Source of the DNA: Sphyrna mokarran
Taxonomy: Eukaryota
NCBI GenBank assembly: GCA_024679065.1
Contig: JAGIQG010000003.1
Coordinates: 102,486,001 to 102,550,000, forward strand
Length of the DNA: 64,000 nt
Direction: 5' to 3'
Shown here: piece by piece, positions 1 to 12,739 of the stretch
Layout: every line of letters begins with the position of its first letter
Position numbering within the stretch: the stretch's first letter is position 1
Program-made: the position numbers and the translations under genes
Notes under the pieces: model-generated
The model's input: only the letters and a program-made list of their open reading frames with translations
The model's database searches: none
What the model was told of the DNA's origin: nothing

Positions 1-469
1 AATCCCCTGCAGAAAGAATGTTGATACAGGGGGAAGTTTGGGAAATCATTTTTCTAAAGCAGCTCGAATGTGACAGGAATACAAAGTACCCTGAAGGAAA
101 AATCGTCACAAATGGTTTATTTGTGCATGTAGATTCAGGAATGTTGTATTTAGCTTATTATTAATATAAAGGAAAAAAATGACAAACATACACAGATGTC
201 AAGTATTTCTGATATATACATACCACCATATTGTATTAATAATGCCCAAAATATCCCCAAACATCATATTAATACAGTTGCAAACTGATTTGCAGCTATG
301 TATTCAGATTGCATTTTATGAAAACTCACATTTGGACCTATAATTTATATATTTAAACACTTAACCAAAGATAAGGCAAAGTGTAAGAAAGAACATGAAA
401 AGAATATAGCATACAACGTCAACAACAATAAGAATCAATGCACAGAGGCACTGAAATGGTACCAGTTGA

Positions 470-690
470 TGCGGAATGGGGAACTCTCTCATTCCCCTCC
501 CTATCCCCAATCATGTGTATCGTCCAGCATTGGAGATGTCTCACCAGTGGCCAGCGGCAGGATCTTCCAGTCATGCCAATGTCAGCGGTATCTTGCATTG
601 TTTGCTGGCTGAACCACTGGGCAACCCACCGGGGGGAGAGGGTGGTCACCATTGGCAGGGTTGGAAACCTCTGCTGGAAAATTCAGCAAT
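470..690. mobile_element. Degenerate short non-autonomous DNA element (MITE-like)
   Basis: GC-richer patch with GCAGGATCTTCCAGTC core and CTGGAAAATTCAGC end, resembling the termini of the MITEs at 43862 and 56299. Confidence 0.35.
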
Positions 691-1999
691 ATTCCATTAT
701 TACACTGAAATGTGTGTGGGGGAGGGGGAAATAGTTGCAGGAGGACAGAGGTGATTTGTTATGAGAAGCAGTATCTGGAAAAAAAATTGGACATTTTCAA
801 TATTACAGAGAAAGGAAAACAGAAAAATTCAGAAAAATTAATATCAATAGCACCTAAAAATTTCCATTCGATGGGTTCCAAGAGATGGCCAATAATTTCC
901 CTGCTGATCTATTTCAAAACTCTCCAGAATGCTAGAATCATACAAATAATTTAATGGGAGCTTTGAAAAACAAGTTGGATCAATAAACTTTTCCTGCCTG
1001 AAACACGATAATCTTATGGTTCAGGTGAAAATGAATTCCAAGTAGCCCTGTTGAGGTGGCTCACATGTGAAAGGCAAGCCCCTCATGTTAGAAGGTAAGT
1101 TCATTTACCTAAGTCATTGGTTGTCCAACAGTGTGCCAGGATCGCGACAAGGCTGATAAACATGATTAAGTCTTTAAAGGATTCCTGATTCCTCTTTGTT
1201 CATTAGGAATTTACCCAGAAAGGAGGTTTGACAGGCAAAGGGGTACAAGGCAGTAATACCATGGGACAAGAGTGGGAGCAAAAGACAGAAGACTCTAATT
1301 TTTAAAAAATGCATGTATATATAATAGAGAGAAAGTGGCTTTGAATCCACTGACCATTCTAATTGGAAAATGTGCAGCTGGATTATTCTCTATGTATTGT
1401 ACATATTGTAGTGTGAGCATCAATTTAAAAGTAAATTAAGGATCTAATGATCTCAACTTGCTTGCTGAGTTCCTGCCCCTTTTTGATCTTAGCCCTTCCT
1501 GGCTAATATCACTGAGATGAACTCTAGACCTCAGAAGGTGGATTCCCATCTAATAAGCTGGGTATGAGCGATCATAATCTTCTATTGGCTCCACTCTTGA
1601 GTGAGATGTACTGACTGCCCCACAGCAAAGTTTGTGTGTGCTAACAGAAGGTGAAAACTGGAGAAACACATTTCTAATTTCTCCATGGACAAAAAGTCTG
1701 CCAAAACTCTTTGCTTTGGTTTATATGTTTGGAGAAGTATCAGAAGTAACCTGCACCTTTAGCATCTTACCCTAAAAAAGGACTCTAATTGGAAATTGTA
1801 GAACGTAAGCTATACACAAGGCTTAAATAGTCAGAAGAAATATTTAGCACTTAGTATTACAAAATATCATTTTTTGAATTCATAAACTTAAGCTGATGTA
1901 GGCATAGTAAGATGGTATTTATTACTTAACTTATAATAGTATGGATTCTAATACAATAAGGTAAACATAACCAAAATGGATAGATTGAATTAAATTTTA

Positions 2000-2070
2000 A
2001 CTCTATCATGATCTAATTAAACAGCAGAACAGGGTCAAGGACCTGAATGGTCTACTCCTGTTCCCATGTA
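2000..2070 (+). mobile_element. CR1-type LINE 3' tail
   Basis: CATGATCTAATTAAACAGCAGAACAGGGTCAAGGACCTGAATGGTCTACTCCTGTTCCCATGT matches the CR1 3' UTR also seen at 25410-25495 and 48132-48205. Confidence 0.55.
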
Positions 2071-2719
2071 AATGATGGATTAGGGGACTCAATCAGAGTC
2101 ATAGATGATGAAAATTTGTTTTGGCAAGATAATTATTTAGCATCAGCAAGACACATTGCCTATTTGAATTTAACTAGGGTTTTCTGCTCTTTTCTGTGAA
2201 GTTGGACATGAATCAAATTTTAGGTTTGTCTTTCTTCACGCCAACGCAATCACTGGATCACAAGATTGATCTTCCAGTGGGGAGAAGTGTTAACTAATGG
2301 TTTATCAAAACTTGACCGGTTGGGAGTCTGTCAGTTGTATTGAATTATAGAATAGCCTTGGCCAAATTTTCCTATAAAAAGTTGCTTCACAGCAGCAAAA
2401 GAATTAAAAACTCAAACCCAAGATTAAATCAAATGGGCAAGAAACTAGCTAAAAGAATGTTTGTCAGGGCATAGTATAAAAGTGGAACCAATAAGTCCTG
2501 AGCAGAATAACTTATGGGTTGGTCCCGGGATCTATGCTATTGATGGAAAACTCAGATGGACAGGAAGGCTGAAATGAAATAAAATATGCAAAAACATAGA
2601 ACAATGGTAGATGAAATATAGTAAATGTAAGTGTAAGGTGCTAATATTAGGAGAAGAACATGCCAATTGAACATTAACTATTACATTTTGTAGTCTCATT
2701 TAATTATGCTATGAATTTT

Positions 2720-3090
2720 TTGGGGGAGATTTTGAAATTGTCAGATTTTACTTTTTCTACTTTTTCCTTTTCTTTCTTAACCCAATTTTCCTTTCCTCCA
2801 CTATTTCTTTTCTTTCTGTGATTTGACATTGGATTGTCTCCTTTAATTTATCCTCCTTTTCAGTCTTCCACTGTTAATATCCTCATCCTTAAATCTTACC
2901 CGCCAAAGAGGTACTCCAATGCTTGATTTGTTCCCTCAGGTCTCATGTAGCCTGTTTCCCCTTGCTGAACTACAATCAGTTTCAATAACTTGTGGATAAA
3001 AAAAAATGTTTCTCAGCTGGTTAAGAGGCAAGTCCAACCAATGGCAAAATCCATTAGCATTAGATAATCTGCTAGCACAAATTCTGGCCC
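2720..3090. mobile_element. Old non-autonomous DNA element with pyrimidine-rich body
   Basis: CT-rich body containing TGATTTGACATT and ending AAATTCTGGCCC; reverse-oriented homologous sequence at 35190-35440 (AATGTCAAATCA). Confidence 0.4.
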
Positions 3091-4442
3091 ATTGAGTAAT
3101 ATTCCAGCTCTAGTTGCCATGATACAGCTAAGCCCCAGACACAATTCAAAGATCTCATGCATCAGTGGACTAAACTACAAAAGTAGACTCATAGAAAGTA
3201 GGACTCTTTTATCATGAAAAAAAGATGATTAATATGATTTACTTATATACAGTGATCCCTTAAACATTATAGAAAGGGTAAGCCTGGAGCATTTTTTACA
3301 TATTAAACAAAGAATGTACAATTACAGGACAGAGATCCGAGCCGGTGAAGGGCAAATTAAGGGTAATGTGAAGAACATTTGAAGAATGCTGCACAGATAA
3401 ACAAAAAGGAGCTAAAATAAGCCACATGGTCCCTGGCTTGTATTTGCCTTATAATTAGAGACAGAACGATGGGAATGGAAAAGGGATGACAGCAGCTTTG
3501 AATATTTGCTGTGATCTTTTGCCTGGCTCAGTTCCTTATAAATGCTCTGGCTATCTAAGTTGCTGCATTTTTGTCATTTTAAGACATAAATAACTGGGGA
3601 TATTTTCCCCAATTTATGTTGGGAATAATCACTTCTTGGACTATTCCTGATGAAATGATAAAACTTGAGCCTAAAAATCAGTGGGATTAATTTACTGTGT
3701 AACCCAAGGGCAGCAGTCCTGAGAGATCTCTTTGAGCTTGTGTCTGCTTTGAAGTCTTGGTGAAATGAGTGTACTAGTTGTGGGCTGCTCATTGTCAAAT
3801 GAACTGATTTATAAAAACTTGGCTCTGACATCTCAGCCAGATTTACTCTGATCAAATTCCATTTTGAGTTTGATAATTAGTGTGCTAAAACCTCTGTGTT
3901 TGATAGATTTTCTTTCAATACATTTCTATCACCTGATCATGCAGGTTGTTATATTGTTATCTCTTATGTAGCACACATTGATGTCTGACGTGCATACGTT
4001 TCCTGTAATGTTATTTTTCTGAGCTTTTTTTTCTGTATTCTCAATGATATTAATATAATGCTGAACAGTGCCCTATAAAGATTGGCTGCTTTCCAATACC
4101 TCACCTAAGTGACCACTTTTCATGAGCCTGAACAATGAAACTCGTATTTACAAAATAATTTTGCACTGGGTGGTTCTAAATTTGTTCAAATGTAGGTCTA
4201 AAGATCTACAAATGAGGTAACAGTAAAAGAGATGCAAATGACACCCTTTCATTTGAACCAACCTGAAACGCATCTAGATCTAACTGATGAAAGAGTATAT
4301 TAGAACAGATTTGAGTAGTATTTTGATGCAGCTTATACTGATAATTCCTTTCTCCAGCAGGGAATACTTGACTAAGATGAGAAGTAGGAAACTGAATTGA
4401 TTTACTTTTTTCCAGGAATACTTTTGCAATTTTGTGCCTTCC

Positions 4443-4758
4443 ATAGAACTCTTACAATGCAGAAAGAGGCCTGTCAGTCCATCGAGGTTGCACCAATCCT
4501 TTGAAAGAGCATTCCACATAGGCCCTCTTCTCTGCCCTATCTTCATAACACTACTCATTTACCATGGCTAATCCCCCCTACTGTATGTATCTTGGGACAC
4601 TTAGCAGCAATTTAGCATGACCAATGCATCTAACCTAAGATCTTTGGACTGTGGGAAGAAACCAGAGCACCCATATTCATGGGGAGAACATGCAAACTCC
4701 GCACAGTCACCAGAATTGAACACGGCAGTGTGAGGCAACAGTGCTAATCATTGTGTCT
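4443..4758 (-). mobile_element. HE1-like V-SINE (CR1-type tail)
   Basis: Reverse complement of tRNA-like head, V-domain (AATTTAGCATGACCAAT...ATCTTTGGACTGTGGGAAGAAACCAGAGCACCC) and ATAGAA tail. Confidence 0.85.
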
Positions 4759-4929
4759 TCCTATTGCTAACCTTATGACAACTCATTCAATAGCTTTTGA
4801 TTGGACTCAATTAAGGTCAGATCTTGGAATCAATTATGTTAAAGCTATGCTCTTCATTATGCAAACTGAGTTCTTGGTATCATAATATGTCAAATTCCAT
4901 AAACCAGGTGAATCAACTCCATTTTGCTA

Positions 4930-5049
4930 AATTCACAGGATGAAAATGTCACTGGCAAGATCAGTATTCGGTATTCTCCCCGATCAGCCTTTAGTAGGTG
5001 ATGGTGAAACATTTACTTGAATCACAGCAGTCCATGTTCTAGTTCTACC
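4930..5049 (-). mobile_element. CR1/L2-group LINE 3' end (partner of 6232-6425)
   Basis: GGATGAAAATGTCACTGGCAAGATCAGTATT...TTGAATCACAGCAGTCCATG is the reverse complement of the LINE tail shared with the SINE at 16914-17272. Confidence 0.55.
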
Positions 5050-6231
5050 TGAGGTGCTGTCCAGGCATTCCATTAGGACCAGTCACTTTCCTTGGATTGA
5101 CGATTGAGAAGGCTGCTCTGGCTTCTGTAATGGTGACCTTGAATAAAGGTTTGTCCAAGGCTTTTGGGGTAGAGTGCCTGCTCTCGCTGAGCTCTTGCTC
5201 ACAGGATGCATTGAGCTCATCAGGGGAGGGATGCATTGGTGCCAGCCATTTGACATGCCTTTATCTTGTAGCCTATTATCTTGCAGACCATGCCATAGTT
5301 GGAGGGAGTCTATGTGGCTAACCTGGGATTCTAACTCGATCCATACTGTCTTTTGGCATCTTTGATGGATCTCCTTAGATCATATCTGGCTTTCTTTTAT
5401 AGGTTTGGGCCACTTGACTTAAATGCCAGATGTGGACTTAAGCAAGCAGTGGATGTCCCTATTCATTCATAGTTTCTGGTTGGGAAACACACGGATTTGC
5501 TTCTTTGTGACAATGTCTTCTATACACTTACTAATGAAATCAGTTACTGTAGTGGTGTACTCATTCAGGCTGGTTGTTATGTTTTAAATACTGAGAGTCC
5601 ACTGGCTCTAAACAGTCCCGTTGGAGATCATCTGATTCCTCAGATCAACATTCCTTCATGGATTCTCTTATTTCAGTTTTTGCTTGTAAGCTGTGAGCAG
5701 GAGCACAGCCTTGTGAATTCACTTGCCAAAATGTGGGTGGGCGATAGAGCACTCAGCAAGTTTGCTATTTGTGGTCCAGGATATTTGGGCTTCTGGTGGA
5801 ACAGGAGACATGTTGGTGGTATCTTGGTAAGACACTTATGAGCTTAGCCTGATTGAATTCCCCAAGCCATAATGATAAAGGATGTCTCATCTCAGGGCTT
5901 TTTGTGGTGGTATATGTTTTGTCTATGTGGTCTTCATGTCCACATGGGTTGGGACATAAATTGTTGTCGAGATAACAGAGGTGAACTCCTGTGGAAGGAT
6001 GGCATCTTAGCATCAGGTATTCCAGGTCTGGGGAGCAGAAACTCACCATTGTTGCTATGTCTAAGCACCATGAGGTGTTGATTAGGAGGCAGACTCCACC
6101 TCCCCTGGCCTTGCCTAAGGTCACTGTGCAGTCGATTTGGTGGAATCTGGTTGTAAGGCACAGTCTAGTGAAACAGCAGTGAACCATGTCACTGGAGAGT
6201 ACAAAGCAGTCCCTCAGTTCTCTTTGAAAAG
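5050..6231 (-). mobile_element. Rex1/Babar-clade LINE fragment (APE endonuclease to pre-RT region), decayed
   Basis: Minus-strand peptides GKARGGGVCLLINTSWC, FCSPDLEYL, HQHVSCSTRSPNILDH and PDELNA...VNPRKVTGPNGMPG; frameshifts and stops. Confidence 0.8.
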
Positions 6232-6425
6232 TAGTGGGAAATGAGTGAATGTTTAAAGTAGTGGGTGGAGTGCCAATCAAAAGGGCAGCTTTGCCCTGGA
6301 TGGTGTTGAGCTTCTTCAGTGTTGTTGAAATTGTACTCATCCAGGCAAAAGGAAAATATTCCAGCAAATCCCTCACCTGTGCTTGCCTGGTAGATGGTGG
6401 ACAGACTTTGGGAATCAGAAGGTCA
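6232..6425 (-). mobile_element. CR1/L2-group LINE ORF2 C-terminal fragment
   Basis: Peptide AQVRDLLEYFPFAWMSTISTTLKKLNTIQGKAALLIGTPPTTLNIHS is typical of the post-RT region of LINE ORF2. Confidence 0.7.
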
Positions 6426-6789
6426 TTTGCCATAGTTTTCAAATGTATTGATTTCTTCAAGTGTAAACTGGTGAAAAATGTATGAAAACCTGAACATGGA
6501 TGTAAGAGGATGATAAACAAGCAACTCCTGTGATGGGATAGATTGATTGTTCTTCATATGTAAGTTTTGAATTGGAGACAATTGTTCCCTAGGTTTGATG
6601 TAAACCCAGAATCACATCATTATTATAAAACAGAAAGATGCTTTTTAGCCGAGTTTGTTTGCACTGGCTCTCCTAATAAGCAATCCACTTGGTGTCATCC
6701 TCTTATTTTCTCTCCATTACTCTGTGTATTGTTCCTTTTTACATTATTTTCTCATCACTCTTGAAACAGCTTTAATTACTCTGAATCAA

Positions 6790-7112
6790 GATAGAATTCC
6801 TACAGCGCAGAAGGAGACCATTCTGCCTATCTAGTCTACACTGACCACAATCCCACCCAGGCCCTATCTCCAAAACCCCATGCATTTAAACTAGCAAATC
6901 ACCCTGACACTAAGGGACAATTTGGCATGGTTAATCTGTCTAACCTGCACATCTTTGGACTGTGGCAGGAAATCAGACACCTGAAGGAAACCCACACAGA
7001 CACAGGGAGAATATACTAAATCCACACAGACAGCGACCCAAGTCAGGAATTGAACCCAACTTCCTGGCACTGTGAAGCAGCAGTGCCAACCACTGTACCA
7101 CCAGGCCACCCC
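6790..7112 (-). mobile_element. HE1-like V-SINE, full length
   Basis: Complete head (A/B box), V-domain and CR1-like tail on the minus strand; interrupts a CR1. Confidence 0.9.
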
Positions 7113-7399
7113 ATGCTAACCACTCTGCTTCCACCATACCCTGGAAGTCTGGAAGTGCATTCCAGACCTGAACAACTCACTACGTGAAAATGTTGTTTTT
7201 CTCATACTGCTTTTGCTTCTTTTGCAATTTACTCAAAAGTTCTGCCCTCTCGTTCTTGTCCATTTATGCATCTTCTCCAATGTCTTTTCATCCTTCCTAA
7301 GTGCAGCTCCCAGAACTGGGCACAGTACTCCAGCTGAGATTGAACTATTTTTTTATACAGGTTCAATTTGCTCTTGTACTCTCTGCCCCTATCAAAAAA

Positions 7400-7451
7400 G
7401 TAAAACTTTACTGAGTTTACCCCAGTCCAACGCCGGCATCTCTACATCATG
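7400..7451 (+). mobile_element. Extremely 5'-truncated Penelope-like insertion with 12-bp TSD
   Basis: TTACTGAGTTTACCCCAGTCCAACGCCGGCATCTCTACATCATG, whose reverse complement recurs at 59354-59397; flanked by CCTATCAAAAAA at 7388-7399 and 7452-7463. Confidence 0.75.
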
Positions 7452-9064
7452 CCTATCAAAAAAACCTAGGATACTGTATGTTTCTTTTAACTTCTCTCTC
7501 AACATGTCCTGCTCTTTGAATAACTGATACACAAAACACCCAGATCCCTCTGCTGCTGCATCTACTTTTGAGCTTTGTCCTTTTTTTAGTTTGTCTCTTT
7601 ATTTCCTTTCTATCAAAAAATGAAACACCTCACATTTCTCTGCATTGAACTTTATCTGCCATCTGTCTGTCCATTCCACTAACTCGCCTACATCCCTTTG
7701 AAGTTCTCCACTGTCCTTTGCACAATTCAAAATACTTGCAAGTTTCATACCGTCCAAAAATTTTGAAATGTGCCCTGTATACCAAGGTCATTAGTAGCTA
7801 TCAGGAAAAGCAAGTGTTCCAACAGAGCCTCCTGGAAATCTTCTGCAACCTTTCTTCAGCTCCAAAATAACCATCACTCACTGCTTCCTGTCACTGCACC
7901 AATTCTATTTCCATGTTACTACCATCTCTTTCATTCCACAAGCAATAACTTTGTTCACTAATCTGTTGTACAGTATCAAACACCTTTTGAAGTTTATGTA
8001 TACTATATCAACACTATTGTCCTTAAGAACCCTCTCTGTTACTCTTCTAAAAACTTCAGGAAGTTAATTAATGCAGACTTTCTTTAATTAACCTGCATTT
8101 GTCCATGTGACTATGAATTTTGGCCTGAGTTAGCTTCTGGATATTTCCCCAAAATTGATATAATTTTGACTAATTATGGATTTTCTAAACTCCCACTCCT
8201 TTATAACATTGTAAGCAACGATAAGAGGCTTACAATCAAAGATTTTGAAACTAGAAACCTAGTCCCAGATCATGATTTGTGTGTAGTTTTTTCCCATCGC
8301 TTCCCCTCATTCGTCATTCTTGGCTTTGATACTGCAAGTCGTCTAACTTGTGCTTGCTATCCAAATCATCTCATTACTTGTGTTCCTGTTCTCTTTACTT
8401 AGGTTGGACAGACCTTGACCTGATGGCTAAAATCTTGATCAAGATGCCTCACTGTTCATTCTGAGATTGTGCGAATACCAGTTGAGAAATAGACAGTCAG
8501 CGTGATTTAAATAGTGACTGAGACGGGAGTGTACCAGATGAAGTATAATACCTGTGTCCCATCCTGCTGGTTCTGAATTTCAATGGCAAAAGTGAAGAAG
8601 GCATTTGCTTTTTCTAATCAAGTGTCAATCATCTGTTTGATACCTGCATACTCTGCAGAATTACTGGTATAACTGATGTGCTCTATGGCAGTCTGTAAGG
8701 AGCCATTTCAGGACTACAACAGTCTTGACAGTTGACTACAAAGTCATCTTGGAACAAGCAACATATCTGTCACCATCTCCATGGTGAAGCATACCTTCTT
8801 CATGCTCATTAATACTTTGCCTATACAGTTTAGGAGATGCAGGTGCATCTTTTTTTCAAATAGCAAGGCTATTTTCTTCCTTTCTTCCTCTTCTTCTTCT
8901 CCCAATGGCATCCAGGGGATAAAAGATCATTTCAATAGCCTTACTGCAAACTCCTTTCACACAACAACAAATAATATTCAGTAAGTCACATCAGCATATC
9001 AAAAGAAGTATTTTTTTTAATAAACAGTAACTGGGTTTAGTTTAGTTTTGTGCGCAGGGATAGG

Positions 9065-9359
9065 AGTTTATTTATTAATATCACAAGTCGGCTTATATTA
9101 ATACTGCAATTAAGATACTGTGAAACTTGTCTAGCTGCCAAGCTTGTTCAGGTACACTAAGGAAGAATTTAACACAGTCAATGTAAGAAAACAGCACGTC
9201 TTTCGGACTGTGGGAGGAAACCAGAGCACCCAGTGGACACCCACGCAGACACGGGAAGAACCTGCAGAATACACTCAGACAGTGACCCAAGCCATGAATC
9301 AAGCCCTTATCCCTGGCATGGTGAGGTAGCAGTACTAACCATTGTGCCACCATGCTGCC
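9065..9359 (-). mobile_element. V-SINE, second subfamily (alternative 3' tail ending ...GTGAYAYTAATAAATAAACT)
   Basis: Same head and V-domain as HE1 but tail AGTTTATTTATTAATATCACAAGTCGGCTTATATTAATACTGCAAT (reverse complement). Confidence 0.85.
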
Positions 9360-10164
9360 AGAAATGAAATTCTGGAGGTTCAAAGGTTGTAAAATAGTGT
9401 CAGGGCTGTGATTACGTCATGCCAACCTCATTATAAAAGAGAATCACAACATTCCTACCTATTTCAGATAGCCATATGCACAAAAAGTGGATGTGTTGAA
9501 GATTGAGTGACAGTGCCCTGATCTCTGATATTCTATTCACACTTAAACTGCAGACGGTGAGCAAACAAAAATCCACCATGTGGTTTGGGGCATTGAGACA
9601 TAAAGACCCACACCACACTAACCGGCAGAACAATCGGTCTACTGAGAGAGGCAAACCTTATTTGACAATCTATTATCAGATGAATAATATTGGATTTTTT
9701 TTAGATAAAGTAAGAGTTGTTTTTTCCTCTGCTAACAACTTGCAATAATATTTCCAGACCTTCATCTTAAAGCAACTGCTGGAGAAATAAGATTAAAAAA
9801 AATCCCTGAATGCCTAATACATCCACCTGCTGTTCATGCGCTTGAGTACTGTAACTTTATTTATAGTCTCCACTGGGTACCATATTGGTTTTAATGTCCT
9901 GAAAGCTCACATAGAAAAATCAGTCTTAAAATTTAAACTATTTATAAAATGAATGGCCAGTTTGTGCTGACAAAACAGAGAATAAAACATAGATTTAATT
10001 GTTTGTAGCATTCAATCTTTACTTGTCTAACATGGTGGTATTGGTATTTTGATGTCATTTATTACCTTGTGGACTAGTTCAATTAATTACTTGGCTGGCC
10101 ATACTAAGTCTGAAAGTTTTTTCTGAAAAACATCATAAGTGGAAGCTTACTTTTGCTCGCAGTA

Positions 10165-10768
10165 TAGAAGGGAGGAATGTGTAGGGAAGGGGAAAGGATA
10201 GTTTGCAGTGAAGGGGGGAGACAGTGTGCGGGGAAGGGGAGGAGAAAGTGTGCAGGGAAGAGGGGGAAAGAGTGTGCAGGGAAGTGGGGGAGAGAGTATG
10301 CAGGGAAGGGAGGGAGAGAGTGTGCGGGAAGGGGGAGGGAGAGAGTGTACGGGGAAGGAGGGAGGGTGTAAGGAGGGGAAGAGTGTGTGCGGGGAAGAGG
10401 GGAGAGAGTGTACGGGAAGGGGAGGAGAGAGTGTGCGGAGAAGTGGAGGAGACAGAGTGTGAAAATGGCGGGAAGAGAGTGTGCAGGGAAGGGAGGAGAG
10501 AGTATGTGGGGAAGGGAAGGGAGAGTGTGCAGGGAAGGGGAGACAGTGTGCGGGAAGGGGGAAGGAGAATGTGCGGGGAAGGAGGAGAGAGTGTGCGGAG
10601 AAGGGGGGGAAAGAGTGTGCAGGGAAGTGGGGGAGAGAGTATGCGGGGAAGGGAGGGAGAGAGTGTGTGGGGAAGGGGGAGGGAGAGAGTGTACGGAGAA
10701 GGGAGGGAGGGTGTAAGGGAAGGGGGAGAGAGCGTGCGGGGAAGAGGGGAAAGTGTACGTGGAAGGGG
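10165..10768. repeat. Purine-rich minisatellite (~20-24 bp degenerate unit GTGTGCGGGGAAGGGAGGGAGAGA)
   Basis: Directly visible tandem GA-rich units; produces spurious P/S/L-rich and G/E/R-rich ORFs in all frames. Confidence 0.95.
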
Positions 10769-12129
10769 TGATGGTGATAATACATTGAGAAAGTGCAAGA
10801 GTGCAGCAATATTGGATGAAGGGGAGGAATTTTCTTATTGATCCCGGATAATGAGGTCAATGCTGTTGACAGTGGGATCTTGGCGGTTGAACAGAGAATG
10901 TTGGGCAGCGGAGTGGCAGTAACACTGAGAGGGGCACATGGATATGCTGGGGTGCCAGGTCCAGGGTGATAATTGGGTAACTGAAGTTTTTATTGGTGGG
11001 GGGTCTGACTGAAGTGATGAAACACTGACTCAGAAAATGGGAGGGTCATGGTGCCTATAGCGAGTGTCAGCTCCAATGGGAGAGAAAGTGAATGATGATA
11101 GGTTCAAAAGTGATGGGGGACGTTCAAAGCTGACAGAGAGGAGAAGAATGGTTATTTTGGGTGGGTCAGAAGTGGTAGGGTGACAGGACAGAGGGTAAAA
11201 TGTTGTGCAGTGAGTCTCAAAGCTAACATGCATTATTTTATTGATTCTGATCAGCACAGCACAGTAGCCATAAAACTGCAATAACCTCAAAGTGGGAGGA
11301 GGGACTTTTTGAATGGTTTGAGTTCATGGTCTGACTGACTAAAGGGATGTCCTAACAATCATGAGGTGACTGGATGTCAGCCATGCACAGTTGTGTTCTC
11401 CTCTCAATAGTGAAGCCTACACACAGCAGCTTTGTTCCTGGGTTGAGAATGAGCAAGGTGTGGAGCTGCCATTTCGCCTGTGCGATTCACTGCTGTCAAA
11501 GACAGGGATGTAGTGAGGGAGAGAGCTGGATACCTCCAAATAGTATGGTAGCAAACTTCTCACTCCAACCTCTATCCTTCTGGACTAACGTGGGCTCATG
11601 TGGTAAGTCTTTCTATGCTCTGAAGGGAATGGTTTCTCTATGGAGTCTTGAAGGTAGTGAAATCAAGCCAAATTATGCCAGAAAGAAGATTCTTGTACAT
11701 GGCTGTCATGACTCTTGTCAAAGAACGATGTCTCCTTGTGCACTCATGTATGAATAGGAGGAGTACCCATCTACCCATCTCTGATCCTCCAGTGGAAGAG
11801 GTGGGGTGCAGTTACCATGTCCAGTCAGAATTCAGGCACGGGCTTAGCATTAGCTCTGAGATGAAGGTAAACCTGTAAAAAATGTGCTCACTAGATCAAT
11901 TGGTCAAATTCATTTACAGATTCACTGAGGCCTAATTGAGGCAGACTCTAAGCAAGCTTGTCTTTCTACTTGCTTTTATTTAGAAAGGAGGGCCCATCGC
12001 AGATTGGCATAAGGCAAGGAGGAGCAAGGGCCTGAGCAACAAGAGACAAGAGGGCCTCAAGTAGGTCAGGAAGTTGGCAGACAGAGTCCACTGCAATGGC
12101 TAGCAGTAGCCTGACCATAGTTACATCAC

Positions 12130-12345
12130 AGGCAGTGCATCAATATAAAAATATAGAAATGAGCAAGAGACAATGCCGGATGCACCTTAGAATGTTCTGG
12201 AATGTGATTGCAGACATCTGCCAGCCTTTCCACAATGATCTATGGCTGCAAGAGCTTGAAGGAAACCCCATGCTGGTGGCATTAAAGGTCAAAGTTGCCT
12301 TAAACCTCTTTGTCACCGCTTCTTCTAGGATTCCAGTGTGGATCT
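12130..12345 (+). pseudogene. PIF/Harbinger (HARBI1-like) transposase N-terminal relic
   Basis: Peptide MSKRQCRMHLRMFWNVIADICQPFHNDL...GNPMLVALKVKVALNLFVTASS resembles the Harbinger transposase HTH region (..KVTVALNFYASGSFQ). Confidence 0.7.
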
Positions 12346-12739
12346 ATAGGCCTGAAACCACTAATATTTACAATTTTGTATTTTTGCATTTTATTTCCAC
12401 TTTGCTCTTAACTTGAAGCCTACATTGCATGTTTAAAGTTATTTTGTGGACCTATTGTGATTGTGCTTTAAGTCAAATAATTATCAATATTAATCAGTAA
12501 AAATGTTGCGTTTCCATACTGGGCATGCACTTCTGGTACTTGGGTTCACAAGTTCATCTGAGCCAGACAATCAAATGTGCTTTATCTTACTGCATTCAAT
12601 GATTCTTCAGCTACAAGCAAGGGCAATGAGTAGCTTTATATAAGGTGGTCAACAATGGTGTAGAATCAAGAGTTGAAGTTTGACTGATGGACAGACAACG
12701 TGATTGATAATAGATGGAAGACACCATCAGGAGTTCTGT

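Larger units (their letters stand above)
6715..8150 (-). mobile_element. CR1 (HER1-like) LINE, decayed, carrying nested SINE and Penelope tail
   Basis: GTGCATTCCAGACC...GTGAAAA, CCCAGAACTGGGCACAGTACTCCAGCTG, CACATTTCTCTGCATTGAACTTTATCTGCC and TCAAACACCTTTTGAAGTT are reverse-strand CR1 RT/3' hallmarks. Confidence 0.75.

Noticed and set aside
1500-1710. Possible ancient SINE (also 4030-4170)
   Set aside because: Similarity to remembered consensus too faint to name or bound
3583-3670. Stem-loop ACATAAAT..TGGGGA/TCCCCA..ATTTATGT and nearby CTGATGA
   Set aside because: Too short for a pre-miRNA; CTGATGA lacks stem II and a GAAA box, so not a hammerhead
5765-6520. 251-aa ORF as a gene
   Set aside because: Chance in-frame join of two decayed LINE fragments, with a non-ATG start and internal drift out of the ancestral frame
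10133-10860. 200+ aa ORFs on both strands
   Set aside because: Translations of a stop-poor GA minisatellite; no domain content
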